Shown piece after piece: positions 41,778-55,590 of a DNA stretch of 64,000 nucleotides. The stretch's first letter is position 1, and the number at the start of each line of letters is the position of its first letter. The DNA lies in assembly GCF_009914755.1 (NCBI RefSeq), contig NC_060934.1; one strand, written 5' to 3'. This DNA is from the human T2T-CHM13v2.0 reference genome, Homo sapiens. Under the pieces are notes generated by a model. The model worked only from the letters and a program-made list of their open reading frames with translations. It ran no database searches and was not told the DNA's origin. The position numbers were made by a program, and so were the translations under genes.

Positions 41778-42880
41778 CTGCTCTATTTTCTAATCATCAG
41801 AAGAAATAAAGTATATGTGCTGTCTTTTCCTTTTCTAATTTATTCAAAATAATTTCTCAAAGCTTGCAAACATTTTTCTTCCCTATTTATGTATTCTCAT
41901 TTTGTCCATTCTGCTTACTAAATATAAGTCACTTTGTATTCATATTATATCATTAACTTGTGTCAACATTTATTTTGAATGGCCCTTAAGTTTTGGCTAT
42001 ACTTTGCGAGTTACATGGGTCCGTTCTCATATGAATATATCACTTACGCAAGTAGGCTTGTTTTGCAAGTTTCTTGGCCTTGCAACAGTCTTCTCTCTTC
42101 TGTCCATGCGGGTTAGGAAAAATGAAGAGATGAAAAATCCTCCACATTCTTGCTCATCCTTCCTTTCTTATGTGCATCCTGACTCTTCGAGATGGGAATG
42201 CTTTTCTTCTACAAAATAGAAGTAAAATGTGGCTTTACCAGTTGATTCCAAGGCTATACACTGAAGAAATAAAAATAATCCCCTAGTCTCTAGGGAACTA
42301 ATTTTATGAGATATTTTTAACTACCAGATAACTTCACTTTGTGCCCAGAGTCAAAGGGAAACATGTAAGCCATTCAACATGAAAGGCATCAAGCACAATC
42401 TTAAACTAAGTGTAAGCAACTGCTTATTTAGGGCACTTAATCACCACTACATAAAGCATGCATGCATACCTTCTCTCATTCACTTATTCATTTGTTTATG
42501 CATTTCTCATACACTGAATGTAGAACTTAACTACATTGTAGGCACTATCATAAATAATCTGACATATTCTGCCTTAATCTGACGTAAATATCTTACCCCT
42601 GATTGCGGCTTACCTTGTTTTAATTATTTTTGTAGCTTCTTTGAGGAACTAAAGTTCTTAATTTTAACTTATTCAATTTTCACAAACCTTTTCCTTTACA
42701 ATTGTGCTTTTTTTCTGATGTAACAAACCCTTCCCTTCTGAATCATAGAAATATTTTCTATAATTTCTTCTATGAGTTTTAAAATTTTGGCTTTCACATT
42801 TAAATTATGTATCTATTTAGAATTGATTTTTGTTATGGTAGGAGGTAGGAATTCATTGTAATTTTTTTTTCCATACGAAC

Positions 42881-43563
42881 CAAGGGTCAGCAAGCTTTCT
42901 GTGAAGAACAAGATAATAAATATTTTAGGCTTTTTAGGTCATATGGTCTCTGTTGCAACTATAGTTAACTATTGAACAATGCAGGGATAAGGGGCACCAA
43001 CCGCCTGTACAGTGGAAAATTTACATGTAACTTTCGATTCCCAAAAAGTTAACTACTAATAGCCTACTATTGGCTGGAAGCCTTGTCTGTAACATAAACA
43101 GTCAATTAACATAGTTTGTATGTTCTATGTATTATATACCGTATGCATATAATAAAGTAAGCTAGAGAAAAGAAAATGTTACTAGGCAAATCATAAGAGA
43201 GAAAATACATTTTTTATTCATTAAGTGGGAGTAGATCATCATGAAATTCTTTTTGATGATCCATTACCTTTATGACGATCCACTTCCACCTGTCATCTTC
43301 ATGTTGAATAGGCTGAGGAGGAGGAGGAAGAGGAGGGGTTGGCCTTGTCTCAAAAGTTGCAGAGGCAGAGGAAAATCCACATATAAGCAGTTCAAACATG
43401 TGTTGTTCAAGGGTCAACTGTACTTTACTCTGCCATTGTGGCATAAAAGCAGCCAAGGACAAACTATAAATGAATGGGCATTGCTAGTTCCAACAAGACT
43501 TTATTTACAAAATCAGGAATCTCTCTAGATTTAGCCTGTGGACTATAGTTTGCCAGTGCCTTG
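42881..43563. mobile_element. MER58A (hAT-Charlie) split by Tigger2a
   Basis: caagggtcagcaa...aaatattttaggctt...ctgttgcaacTA | TActttactctgccattgt...tagtttgcca. Confidence 0.8.
42962..43420 (-). mobile_element. Tigger2a (TcMar-Tigger) with TA target duplication
   Basis: Terminal inverted repeat ...ttgttcaagggtcaactg; TA at 42960-42961 and 43421-43422. Confidence 0.85.
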
Positions 43564-44449
43564 TGTAGATAATTAATTGTCTCAGACAACTTTTTTGGTC
43601 TTTCTTTTCCCACTGATGTTCAGTGCCTGCTCTTTTGTATAATGTTTCCATATATGTGTTTCTCAGTTCTTTGTGTGTGTGTTTTTAAATTGTTTCAGTT
43701 GTTGTGGTATCTCACTTTTCTAAGTACTATAGCTTTATTATAAGATTTGCTATCTGGCAGAGAAAAAAAGTTCCTTGTGATTCTTCCTTAGATGTGTCTT
43801 GGCCTTTGTTGATCATCCCTCTTTTAAATAAATCTTAAAAATCATATTGTCAAGTTCCATAAAAACTCCACTTCGAATTTGATTGAATTGTGTTATATCC
43901 ATATAGGGAGAACTAACATTAAAATACTGCATTCCTGTTTCTGAACATATTGTATCTCTGCTTTTATTTGGGTCATCTTTAATATCTTAACTAAAGTTTG
44001 TAATATTCTTTAATGCCTTGCACATCACTTTTTAGATTTATTCCTATCTACTTTATTTTTGTGTTGCTATGATAAATAGTATGTTCTTAAAAATTGCTTT
44101 TTTTTGACTTTTGCTGATGTGTATAATTTTGATCAAATTTTATATGCTGCTTATGGCTAAACTCTATAAATCTAGTAAACTTTTCTTTGGAGTTTATTCT
44201 ATTGTCTGTGTATAATGACAGTTTTGTTTTTTCATTTCCACTGCTATTATTTAAAATTTATTTTATTCCACTGACTACAACCTCTAGTACAATGTTGAAT
44301 ACAAGTAATAAGAATAGGAATTTCTATATTTTCCCTGCTTTTTAAAGAACGAGGTAACTGTTTGACTACGGCACATAACATTTGCGATAGATTTTTTTGT
44401 TTGTTTGTCAGGCATACTTTATTAGGCCAAGGAATTTGCTTTGTTTTCT

Positions 44450-45230
44450 ATTTTGTACCTGACAATTACAGTGCTTGGTGTGATTCCTTGTCTTTTTCCC
44501 CTTATAACTCTCCTTCAAGGAGGCTAATTTTGCATATATTATGAGGCCATGTTTCTTAGAATTTCATCTCCGGAAATCTTTTAGGCCTGGATCAAAGTGA
44601 GCATGTTCTTCCAGAGAAAAATTGTGTTTGCTTTTGTTAGCATGGTCACTACCAATTCAGGATCACTTCAATTAAATTTTTGTCCTGAGACTTTTTAGGA
44701 CACACAGTTAATATGAATTTTTACATATGTTAGGCTTTTTTTTTTTAACTTTTCTTCCAAAGAATCCAGAGTTCAGGGCTAAGACTGACTTGTATTATTC
44801 TTTTGGTGGGACAGTTACTATTGTTTTGTTTTGTTTTTATTCCTCCCTCATTTTATGTTCTTAGGATGTCACCCTTTGAAAGCGCTGGGTTTAAGGGAGC
44901 ATCTCTAATCTCACCTCCTACCCTAAAAGGGGCTTAGGTTTTGTCTTGTTTTCCATATGTAGCTGATTAACACTCAGGCTCTAGGTTAGCAAGAATTGCT
45001 GTATATGACAAAGCAACTGCCAGCTCCCATGCTACTTATTTCTCTGGATTTTTGCTTTCTATTCGTCTATGGCCTCTGAGAATGATTTCTGACCTCTTAG
45101 TTTCTTGTTAGATGAGGAAGGCATAAGAAAAAAATGTTTTAAAAGTTTTCAATTGGCATTTTTAGTTGTGCTATACCAGAAGGAGATTGTGTGAACATCT
45201 ATTCTGCTATATTGCTAAAACCAGTATTTC
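44450..45230 (-). mobile_element. HAL1/old L1 5'-region relic
   Basis: cttccagagaaaaattgtgtttgcttttg...cactaccaattcaggatcactt resembles HAL1-type sequence. Confidence 0.4.
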
Positions 45231-45284
45231 CCATTTGACTTTACCCAAGATCACAGACTCTTGTCCTGAGCTGTCCTACCTGAT

Positions 45285-45448
45285 CATGACTAAACCTTCC
45301 TGCACATTAAAACCATCTGGGAAGCTTTTAAAAATCCTGATGCTCGGGCCACAGTCCAGAATTTAATAAATTAGATTATCTGAGGGATCAGTAATTTTTA
45401 AAGCTCCCCACAGGATTCCATTTTGCAGCTAAGGTTAAGAACAACTGC
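45285..45448. mobile_element. MER5A-like DNA transposon
   Basis: ctgcacattaaaaccatctgggaagctttta...aaggttaagaacaactg. Confidence 0.7.
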
Positions 45449-46786
45449 TTAAATTCTAGCTGCCCATTTGATTCATGTCTATTCGAGTTCACCTGCCTTC
45501 TCACTTTCCTCAGCCAAATAGTTTACTTCTGAGGCCAGATGTTCACATTCCCATAAAACACCAGGTTTATAGTACTCCTGACCTACTTCTTCAAACCAAT
45601 ATACTTTCTGTGAAACTAGGTCTACTATACCTATGGTCAACTAATAGCAAAATGTTCAGCTTGTTTTTATTTTTTTTACATCATTCTCTTTTTTTATGTC
45701 TTTTGCACTATGCTGATACAATTTTGTTTTCCTCCACTGAGAAATTTTTAGTGCAAAGTCTCTTAATTTGCTAATTAATTCTGATAGACTAGTTTCATAG
45801 TCTCAGCAAATCAGCGTGTGATACACTTGGATTATGAATGGCTTAGCACAGAAAATGATGTAATTTCAATGGAATAAATTAGAGCCAATTAACACGGCGG
45901 AGTCAGTTGTCTTTTTGAGTAATGCATATTTGCTCAGAGAAGCACTCTGTTTTATTTGTAAAATGATCTACGCTTTTAACCATTATGACTGCCATGGCCC
46001 TTTTCCCTTTGGAGCTAATAGAAAGGGAGAAGATAAATGACAAGAGCAGCTAGGCCAGGTGTAGCAAATAATTTTGGTAGAGTTTTGCCATCATACTTTG
46101 TTTGAGGTCACAGTATGTTAATTGACCATAACATGTTACTAAAACGCTGTTTTATGACCCTCTTTAATGTAGTGTTCAGAGCATCTGAAAATACATGACA
46201 TAATTATAAATTTATAATTATTTATCCTGGGGAAGTAATAATGACTTATCTCTTGCAAGTAAAACAAGTTGTTACATGTTCTGAAGCCTAGGGTTTGGGA
46301 CCAAGTAGAATAAGCAGAGATCTAGCTGCAATATTAGCAAATGATCTGCTTAACACATTGATTTTAGTGTCTACAAGATAAAAGGTATTTCCCACAGTGA
46401 ACAGATGGCTTAACCAGGAATGATAGACTTCTCTTGACTTAGTGGGGAGAGTGGAGGTCTGGAATGCTTTAGAGAAAACTCACATTCTTTGGGTATACAC
46501 TTGGGCAAGTTGGTCTTTAGAAGTCTGCTATTGCTTTTCATAATAATGGATAATTATCATTATTTTCCTCAGGGGAACATTGTGTGGAATAACAAATTAA
46601 TGATTGCAATACACTTTGGAAGACATTCTGTAACTTCTTAGTATCTAGGAAAGAATGAATATGGATAAAGGAAACCCAGGAGAAAGGTTTTATTTCCAAA
46701 TTTTGTGATATATTATTTTTCTTTAAAAATTATTTTAATAAATACCCACAAATTTCTAGGCATTTTTTGTTTTACAATTTTGCAAA

Positions 46787-47703
46787 ATTAATAAACATTT
46801 TTAAGAGCAATTCCAGGTTCAAACCAAAATGAGTGGAAAGTATGGAGTTCCTATATACCCTCTATCCCTCACATGTGGAACCTCCCCCACTGTCTACATT
46901 CTGCACCACAGTGGTTCACTTGCTACAATCAAACCTATGTTGATACATCCTTATCATCTGGAGTTCATAGCTTACATATAGGTTCACACTTGGCATTGTA
47001 CATTCTACTATAGATGTTGGCAAAAGTACAGTGATATGTATCTACCATTATAGTATCATACAGAAAAGTTTCAATGTCCTTAAAAGTCCTCTGTGTATTC
47101 TTTGCCTATTTTGAAATTGGGTTGTTTGCTTTCCTGTTGTTGAATGTTAACAGTTCTTTGCACACTTTGCATGGCAGTCCTTTAGTAGGTATGTATTGCA
47201 AATATTTTTTCCCAGTGTGTGGCTTCTCTTTTTATTTTCTTGATGTTGTCTTTTGGAGAGCAAAAGTTTTTAATTTTAATGAAGACCAGCTTATCAACTA
47301 TTTCTTCCATGGATTGTGTCTTTGATATTGTATCTAAAAAGTACTTGCCATACCCAAGGTTGCTTATGTTATCCTCAAGGAGTTTTATAATTTGTTTTAC
47401 ATTGAGATCTCTGATCCACTTTCAGTTAATTTTTATGAAAAGTGTGAAGTCTGTGCCTAAATTATTTTTGCATGAGGATGTCCAGTTGTTCCCAGCACCG
47501 TTTTTTGAAAAGCCTGCTTTTCTTTGTTGTATTGCTTTCGCTTCTTTCTCAAAGTTCAGTTGACTGTATTTAGGTGGGCTGTCTATTCCATGACATTTAT
47601 ATATGTCTGTTCTTTTCCTAATACCACACTGCCTTGATTACTATAGCTTTATAGTAAGTCTTGAAGTCAAGTAATATCAGTCCTCCAACTTTGTTCTCCT
47701 TCT
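46787..47703 (-). mobile_element. L1MC-type 3' end and ORF2 fragment
   Basis: ccattatagtatcatacagaaaagtttca..gtccttaaaagtcctctgtg followed by ORF2-like antisense sequence. Confidence 0.75.
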
Positions 47704-47881
47704 GATCTAATTTTTTGACATTTTATTTTGTTAATATGTTTAGTTTCTTTTCAAAATGCTATTATATTTTATTTCGTGCTTAAAGATGCTGCTTCTCACT
47801 ATTTAAAAAAAATCTGCTGTGTGGTCATATGTATGCCTAGAATTGGCTGTAGGGGCCATTATATGCTACAATAAATTTTAA

Positions 47882-48180
<299 letters not shown>

Positions 48181-48326
48181 TCACCTTTTGGTTAATGCCA
48201 TCTTTTGGTATTATCCTTTGGAGACTTTTTTTATTGGATCTTTAGGGGCTTGTCTTCAAGAAAATCATTCCTAACTGATGAATATCAGGCATTTTTGAGT
48301 ATGGCTCTCATAACCCAAACCAGCAT

Positions 48327-48897
48327 TGTGGTAACTGGTTTCCAAAGATTCCTTCCTTTTAATGAGTCACACCTTCTGCTTTTTATGCCAATATCCAGTC
48401 CTTTGTACGTTGAATCTGCACTGGCTCTTTGTAACCAATAGAATAAGACCAGATTGATGCTGCACATCTCCCAAGGCAAGGTGGTAAGCAGGTCTGCAGT
48501 TTCCATTATGATTTCTTGGAATGCTTGCTCTTGGGGAAGCCAGTTGCCATATAAGAAGTACAGTTAACCTGACATTTCCAAGCTGCAGGGATGCTCAAGG
48601 CATTTGGAGAAGTCAGGTGGAGAGAGGGAGACTTGATCAGTCCACAGCTATTCCAGCTATCCCAGCTGAAATGCAAAATATTTGAGTGAAGAAACATTTT
48701 GGGTGTCTGGATCAGTCAAGCCATAATATTACTCCCAACCCAAATGTCATCTAAATGCAACAGCATAAAAGAACCCAAGCAAAAGCTGCCCAGCTAAACC
48801 TAATCTATACACAGAACTGTGAGAGATAATAAGAAATTGTCATTCAAAGCCACTAACCTTTGAGGTGGTTTGTTACACAGCAGGGAGAACCAGAATA
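48327..48897 (+). mobile_element. MLT1G/F-like MaLR LTR
   Basis: TG start; aagccactaa...ggtggtttgttacacagca..gagaaccagaata end. Confidence 0.75.
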
Positions 48898-49369
48898 AAG
48901 GCCAAAGAAGACTTGGACACTGATTGCTAAGCTATTACCATAGTAATTCTTTACTTTGATTACTTTTGTCGATAGTATCTTGCAGATCCTTCATATGCCA
49001 ATATGATGTTATTGAAACTTGTCACAGTGGTACCTAAAAGAGTACCTTTTCCAGTTTCCAGTGCTATATGTGGGGTTCATGCTTTCTTGAAAGTAGAATT
49101 GATACTCTGCGAACTATTTTTAATATTTCTAGAAGCCTAACTAAAATGGTTCATTTACCCAAGGTAAGACTGTACAGTTAACACATTTCCTTGCTTTGGG
49201 CTATGTATATATCACCCTCTCATTGTATCTCATTAAAATGAATTATACTGAAATATGGAGATTTTGATTTTTCTTTTTGTGGACAGAATTTTTTTAAATA
49301 TGGGATCCTAGTGAGAAGAACAAAATGGCTTTCTTAATGTGTTAGACTTTATTTATGTTTCCCAATATT

Positions 49370-49765
49370 TAGTACTCTTTCCCTTCTAAGTCCACAGAGG
49401 TCTACACATTTTAACTCCTTTACTTTTGGGTTGGGCTCTGTGGTTGGTTCTGAACAACAGACAACGGGCTGTGAACAGAAATGCTAGGTGCCATTTCTGA
49501 ACTGAAGCATTTATTACTAGCATAAAACATCACATTCTCTCTCTTCTCTTGCTGCAATAAGCAAGAAAGTCATATGTTCCAGATTGTGCAGTTTCAAGAT
49601 GGAGGAACATCTGGCATCTTGAGTCCCTAAGTGGCCATGTACAGCAGAGTTCCCTATAGACTTGAGTTGGGCATGTAATAGAAAGGAGACTTTTTTTCTT
49701 GTGTACTCCACTGGGATTTCATGATGAATTTTAATAATGCAGCCTATGCCAACCTACCTTAATAT
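49370..49765 (+). mobile_element. MLT1I/J-like MaLR LTR
   Basis: gaagcattta...ctctcttctcttgctgc...gagtccctaagtg...ccactgggattt. Confidence 0.6.
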
Positions 49766-51388
49766 GGTAAGATACTAGTTAAGGTACTTCTACTCTTAAA
49801 GTAAGAGCAAGAATGGGAGACATGGCATTCTTCATTGATCTATTAGCACCTAGCTCTGATTAGTGAAGGTAGGAAGCACAAAGCAGGTTATTGAAAGAAT
49901 GAAAGACCTTTCAGTTGGCTACAAGGCAGAGGGAACAGGTACGAAAACTGGGATTCTGCCAAGAGGGTGATCCTAGATGGAATATTTTGCCAGAAGAACC
50001 AGGCATGTCAGGCTCTGAAAACAAAACTTTCTTCCTTGGTTTTGTTCAGAACTGCTCCTGATCTTTTGTTTTTTTCTTGAACAATCCAGTCTCCATATGG
50101 ATGCTTGAGTGTTATTTTCAAAATGAAACTCTGATGTTACCACCCGCCTGCTTAAAACATTCCAATGGCTTTACATTGCCGACTGGGTTCAGATCCACAT
50201 TCTTGGATTGCTGTGACTGCTGTGTTCCTCTTCAGTTTGTTTGCTTCAGTCTTACTGGATTTCTGGGGGCAGGTTCCTTCTTTATCTGAAAACTTTTCTT
50301 CCTTTACCATCCTTCCAACCTCCACTCTTCTCCTAGTTAATCCCTGTAGCCTTCAGATCTCAGCTCAGTCTTCATGTTCAGGAATCTTGCTCTGACCTTA
50401 AGTTTCTTTGTTAGAGGTTTTCATAGAACTGGGTTTCTTTCTTTCAGAGAAGTTATCTCTGTCTGAAATTTACATGTTTAAGTGCAATTGTTTGATTGTT
50501 TGTCATTCACTTCATGAGGGTAGTCCTTTGTGTTTCCTCATCACTTTATGCCTAGTGTTCAGGACATAACCAGTACATAGAAGGTGGAATGGATGCCTTT
50601 GTGGGCCCTTTGCTGTCAAAGATCAGAGAAGTCCAGATGGACCTGAAGAGCTGGAGTGAAGAAGTAATGTAGTATATTTTTGGCCATCCCATAATCAGAT
50701 CACTGGATTTTCTTTCTAATGGGATTCGGTTCCATTTAATGGAATTAAACAAATTGGGAATGACTATTTCACATGAATAGAGTGTAATTTCTATTGTCTT
50801 TTTTTACATTCTAAGCTTCTTAAGCATAAGAAGGAAAGCTTAAAAAAGGAAGCTGTTTCCTTTTTTTTTGTGCTGTAGAAGTAAAAGACAAGGTTAGTGC
50901 ATAGCCAGGCAAATAAATTCTATAAATAGTAGCTGCTTCCAATAAATATATTTTGAATAAGTGAATGATAATATTCTATAAAATGCTGTGAGCAGTTTTA
51001 TAACCTCATAAATATTTTTTTATGATGAGTGTTAGAATGATCCTAGAAACAACATGTGAGATAACCTTTTTTGTCCATGAAAATACTAGTGAAAATTTTA
51101 ATCTGTTATCTGCTTCAAAGTATTTAATTCACATTGATTGTTTTATCTTAATTTTGCTGCAAAGCTAATTTATTTACTTGGATTAAATTGTAATTGGCAA
51201 TTCCTTTCATTTGATTATTTAAGTAAATATTCTTGAAAGAAATTGTGTTATTCTCTGCTGAGTTTTGTCTTTCTGCCCTCTATTCCTCTTTAAATTTCAA
51301 TCAAATATAGCTAGAACCTCTTTTCCAGATCATATTATTAGCATTATAGCATGAACACAAAAATGATTAAATGACATAACAATCAGGG

Positions 51389-51763
51389 TGTATTAGTCCA
51401 TTCTCATGCTGCTAATAAAGACATACCCAAGAGTGGGTAATTTTTAAAGCAGAGAGGTTTAATTGAGTCCGAGTTCAGCTTGGCTGGGGAGGCCTCAGGA
51501 AACTTACAATCATGGTGGAAGGGGAAGCAAACATGCCCTTATTCACCTTATTGACATAGTGGCAGGAGAGAGAAGAATCAGTGTCCAGTGAAGGGGAGGC
51601 TCATCAGATCTTGTGAGAACTAATTCATTATCACAAGAAAAGGATGGGGGAAACTGCCCCCATGATTCAGTGATCTCTACCTGATCCCTCCCACGACATG
51701 TGGGAATTATGGGAACTACAATTCAAGATGAGATTTGGGTGGGGACACAGTGAAACCATATCA
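51389..51763 (-). mobile_element. THE1 (C/D-like) solo LTR
   Basis: TGTATTAGTCC...AAACCATATCA; 5-bp TSD CAGGG at 51384-51388 and 51764-51768. Confidence 0.92.
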
Positions 51764-53729
51764 CAGGGTTTAAACATTTTTGAGCACAGGATATCTGAAA
51801 TGTTTATAGGGTAGTATGTTATTTTTATGGAATTATTTTGGAATCTTATGTAAAAAAAGAAGTTCAAAGCTTCACCATAATCTCACTACAAATGTGCCTT
51901 CTAATTTGACAAGATTCTTTGTGGCAAAACCTATCATTTATTTTGGATCTGTGGTTGAACCCAATGTTGTTTTAAATGAAAGTAAAATCTTATTTTTTAC
52001 ATATTTAATGATAGGGCCCAGACTCTTGGTTATAACTTTTCAAAAACATGTGAGTAGGAAATTATTTTTTAATAATATTGTTTATTAAATGTTATTTAAG
52101 TTAATGGAATTGCAGAAGAATTACCCAAATAGATGGATGGATATTTTACAAAAATTAGTTTTCTTTCAGTTGTTACTCTTAATTTTATTATCACATATCG
52201 TCCACTATAAATATATTTACTAGAAAAAGTTAAAATTAATACATTTGAATTGTGAAAAGCACTGACCACACAAGTCTTTTTTTTGCAAGCAGTAACCTTA
52301 AGTGGAATGCATGCAAAGTGTGTCCTGTATGTGTACTCTGAATATACATTTTGGTATTACATATGCCAATTTTTTGAATACTCTCTATATAAAATCAAAT
52401 GAATACTCAATAAAGTGAGCTTAAAGAATACTCGTTATCCTATTGATAGGATGAGGGGTAAACTGTTTAACCTGAAAATAATTTTTACTTGAATATGACT
52501 CCCTTAGGTGCTTTGCTATTTCTTGATCGAGGTTCTTAGGATCTATCTGTGAGCGTGCCTGGATAAACTTTAGTATATCTGTGAAGTCTTTGTGATTTTA
52601 AATAAAATATTGGCCATATGTGCATTTTTAAAAGGGAGAGTCTTCCTGGATTCGATCAAATTCATAAATGAGATCTGTGACCCTAAGACTCATTGAGTTA
52701 TATATGTGGAATTTTATTGTATATAAATTGTACCTCAGTGCAGCTGGACCTCCCCCAAAAACTCTGAATCGGTATTCTCAATGAACAGCTTTAAAAAATA
52801 CTAGTAGCAGACAGTGAGAGACTTGGGAGGTATCTTCTATGAGGAACTTTTTTCAGGTCTGCCTTTCCTTCTAGAATACCACGAAAATAGTTTCTATTTT
52901 TGTGTGCACACTTCTATAGTCCACATGGAAGTGGAGTCAGAGATTGGGATAGAATATAGAAGAGTAGAGTAATCATGCAGTAACCATGCTGCCAACCTTC
53001 GCCTTCACAATGAGCACCACATAAGGTCAACGAAATGTCATTGCTATCCAGCAAATTCTTTTCAAATGAACCAATACTATATAAAAGCTGTGTTAGGAGC
53101 ATCCTAAGTATTTCATGGTGTTGCTTATATCCTTTTGTTATTTAGTTTTTTATGTTCTTTAAGGTGTGAGTAAAACACCTCTTTTGTCAATAACCTCTTT
53201 AAGCAATTACTTGTGCCTTTAAAGCAAATTACAAATTCTTCTTGTCTCATTTTGTTTTCACCTATACAATGGACATAATGTTACTTTATATACATTTATA
53301 TCTCAATACTCTGGCAAAGAAGCTGGCACATGGTTAACACTTCATTCAGTTAAAAAAATGAACCAAAGAATTTCTGACAATAAATCGTATTAATTAATTG
53401 ACTAATTTTAGCTTGAATAGAGCAGATGGTTTATGTAGGAAAATGGGAGAACATGAAGTTGGATTCTGAATATTTTAGATTTTAAACTTATTTTCAAAAT
53501 ACCCAAGAGTAAGTTGCATATGATAACACAGCAATATGCTAGTGAGCAGAGTATGTGAAGAAGTTCTACTTTATATCCTTTGTCTATGTTTTTATCATAA
53601 TGGAAACAGAATGGTAAAATGAATTTGAAAAGTGTTTGTTAATCCTATGTTAGTTGCCTCTGTGGCTGAAGAACCTGTGATTTTTCAGTTATATCCCTCC
53701 CCCAATCCCTGACCACATTTTAGTTTTAT

Positions 53730-54090
53730 ATTTTAGCACAGAAGGAAAGAGCAGGGATTAAATTCTAGTTTTACTTTCACTAGATGTGGGACCTTTAGCA
53801 AATCAATCATTTTGACTCATTTTCCTTAAAGCAATAGCAACTTTCGCTAACATTATTGAACACAGTATAGACCAGACACTCACGTAAACTTTATATGAGT
53901 TAAACCATTTAGCTCTCACTGCAACCATGTAATGAAATTGCAGCTGTTTTCTCCATTTCATGAATGAGAAAACGGAGAAACTGAGCTGATGTTGCCAGGC
54001 TCTGTCACAAGTTGTTGCATATATTGTCAGCAATGCAGTGAGATCCTGATATCCAAAAGTGTTCATCCTTTAACGTTTGTATTATACCCA
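53730..54090. mobile_element. MIR fragments in opposite orientations
   Basis: tagatgtgggacctttagcaaatca...; ccatttcatgaatgagaaaacggag. Confidence 0.6.
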
Positions 54091-54699
54091 TGGTACCACG
54101 CAGTTTGTTTCATTTTAGTATGCTTATTGAAGCTGTCAATTATCTTATTAAATATCCTAAATCTAAGCTAGAGTCTCAGATTCTATAATCTTAAAGCCTG
54201 GACTTTTGGCCTTTTATATTGGGAATTCAAGCTCTTTTACCACCTATAATGCAGAAAGAAGTTCTACTGGTTCAAGGACAAAGATTTTTGGGGAGATCTA
54301 CGGGTTGATGGTTGCTGTAGACCTTGAGGACACACAGAATCTTCAACAAAGTATAAAGTAAGATACTTCAGGTGTACTCCATTGTAGCTTCAGAAAGGTT
54401 AATTCTTTTTCCCATTATTACACATTTAGTATCAAGGGGAAAAATTGCTATTTAAAACCATATGAGCCTTTCAAGAAAGATGATTCTGCTAGAATTGTAT
54501 AGATTCTTTGGTTACTGAAGAATAGATGGTCTTCTGTTTCACCTGAACAGTTTGATTTTTTTTTCCTCCGATGTGCAGGGGAACTGAATATGGAAGTAGA
54601 GCTGGTATAGTTGAAATTGTCTGTAAAATAGAGTGAGATGGATTTGGAATTCCTGGAAGGCATGCTTGAAGTATAAGAGAAGGAGGAGATATAAGAAAA

Positions 54700-55590
54700 G
54701 CCAGGCAACAAAGCAAATGGTTTGCAGCTACAAACTGTCTACTTTTGGCTGTCCCAAAGGCACTTCAGACCCAGCGCACCCCAAACTGATCTCACTAATG
54801 CCACTCTGCTCCAACCGAGTCCTCCTCCATGCTCCCCACCCCAGTCAGTGACGCTATCTACCAACCAGAAATGTACCAACCAGAAATCTACAGGCCAGAT
54901 ATCTACAAGTCTTCTTTTACATCTCCTTCTTCCTCATCACCTTATCGAAGTCCCATTGATTTTATCTCATACTATTTTTGTCTACTTGTCTTGATATCTA
55001 TCCAGCAACACCTCAGTTCCAGCTATTGAAAACTCGGTCTTTCTAATGGATCTCTTTACATCCATTATTGTCCTCTCTGCTGTCATTTTTATTGCAGTTA
55101 GAGACTTAAGAGACTGAAATGCTTAGTTTTTGATGCTTATCACTGATTTTAGGATAAAGTCTAAATCCTTATCAAGACCTATAAAGTCCTGCATACGCTG
55201 GCCTGGCCACTTTTTAAAAATCTTCATCTCATACTTCGTAGATATTCTTGCCCTAGTGACAATGGCTTGGCTTTCTTTTAGCTCCTCCAGTGTTCCGAGC
55301 TGCCTCCCACCTCAGGACACCTATGTGCCCAGGTCACTGTGCTTGGATCTCTCTTTCTCCTGTTTTAATCTAGTTAGTTCATTCTCTCCTTCAGTAATCT
55401 GCTCAAATAGCATTTTCTTAGAGAAGCTGCTTCTAACTTCAGACTAGGTTTGTTATCCCTGTTACTTGCTTTAATGGCATCCTATCCTGTTTCTTCATAG
55501 TGTTTACAAAAATTTTTAATTATGTATTTATTTATGCAATGATTTTTACTTATGTCTGTCTCTCTCACTAAACTTTAAGCTACATGTGTC
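54700..55590 (+). mobile_element. L2 3' region fragments
   Basis: taggataaagtctaaatcctt...cctcccacctcagg...agagaagc..cttctaac...ctcactaaactttaagct. Confidence 0.65.

Larger units (their letters stand above)
42590..44440 (-). mobile_element. Old L1M (ORF2-region) relic hosting nested DNA transposons
   Basis: ttttggctttcacatttaa...tttagaattgatttttg...; cctctagtacaatgttgaata. Confidence 0.65.

Noticed and set aside
53130-53171. Possible recursive-splice site or microexon (ttctttAAG|GT.GTGAGT); similar weak AG|GT at 3903 and 11119, and a 17-nt AG..GT pair at 57736-57752
   Set aside because: Weak acceptor or donor matches of this kind are expected by chance in 60 kb of AT-rich intron; needs saw-tooth RNA-seq or conservation evidence
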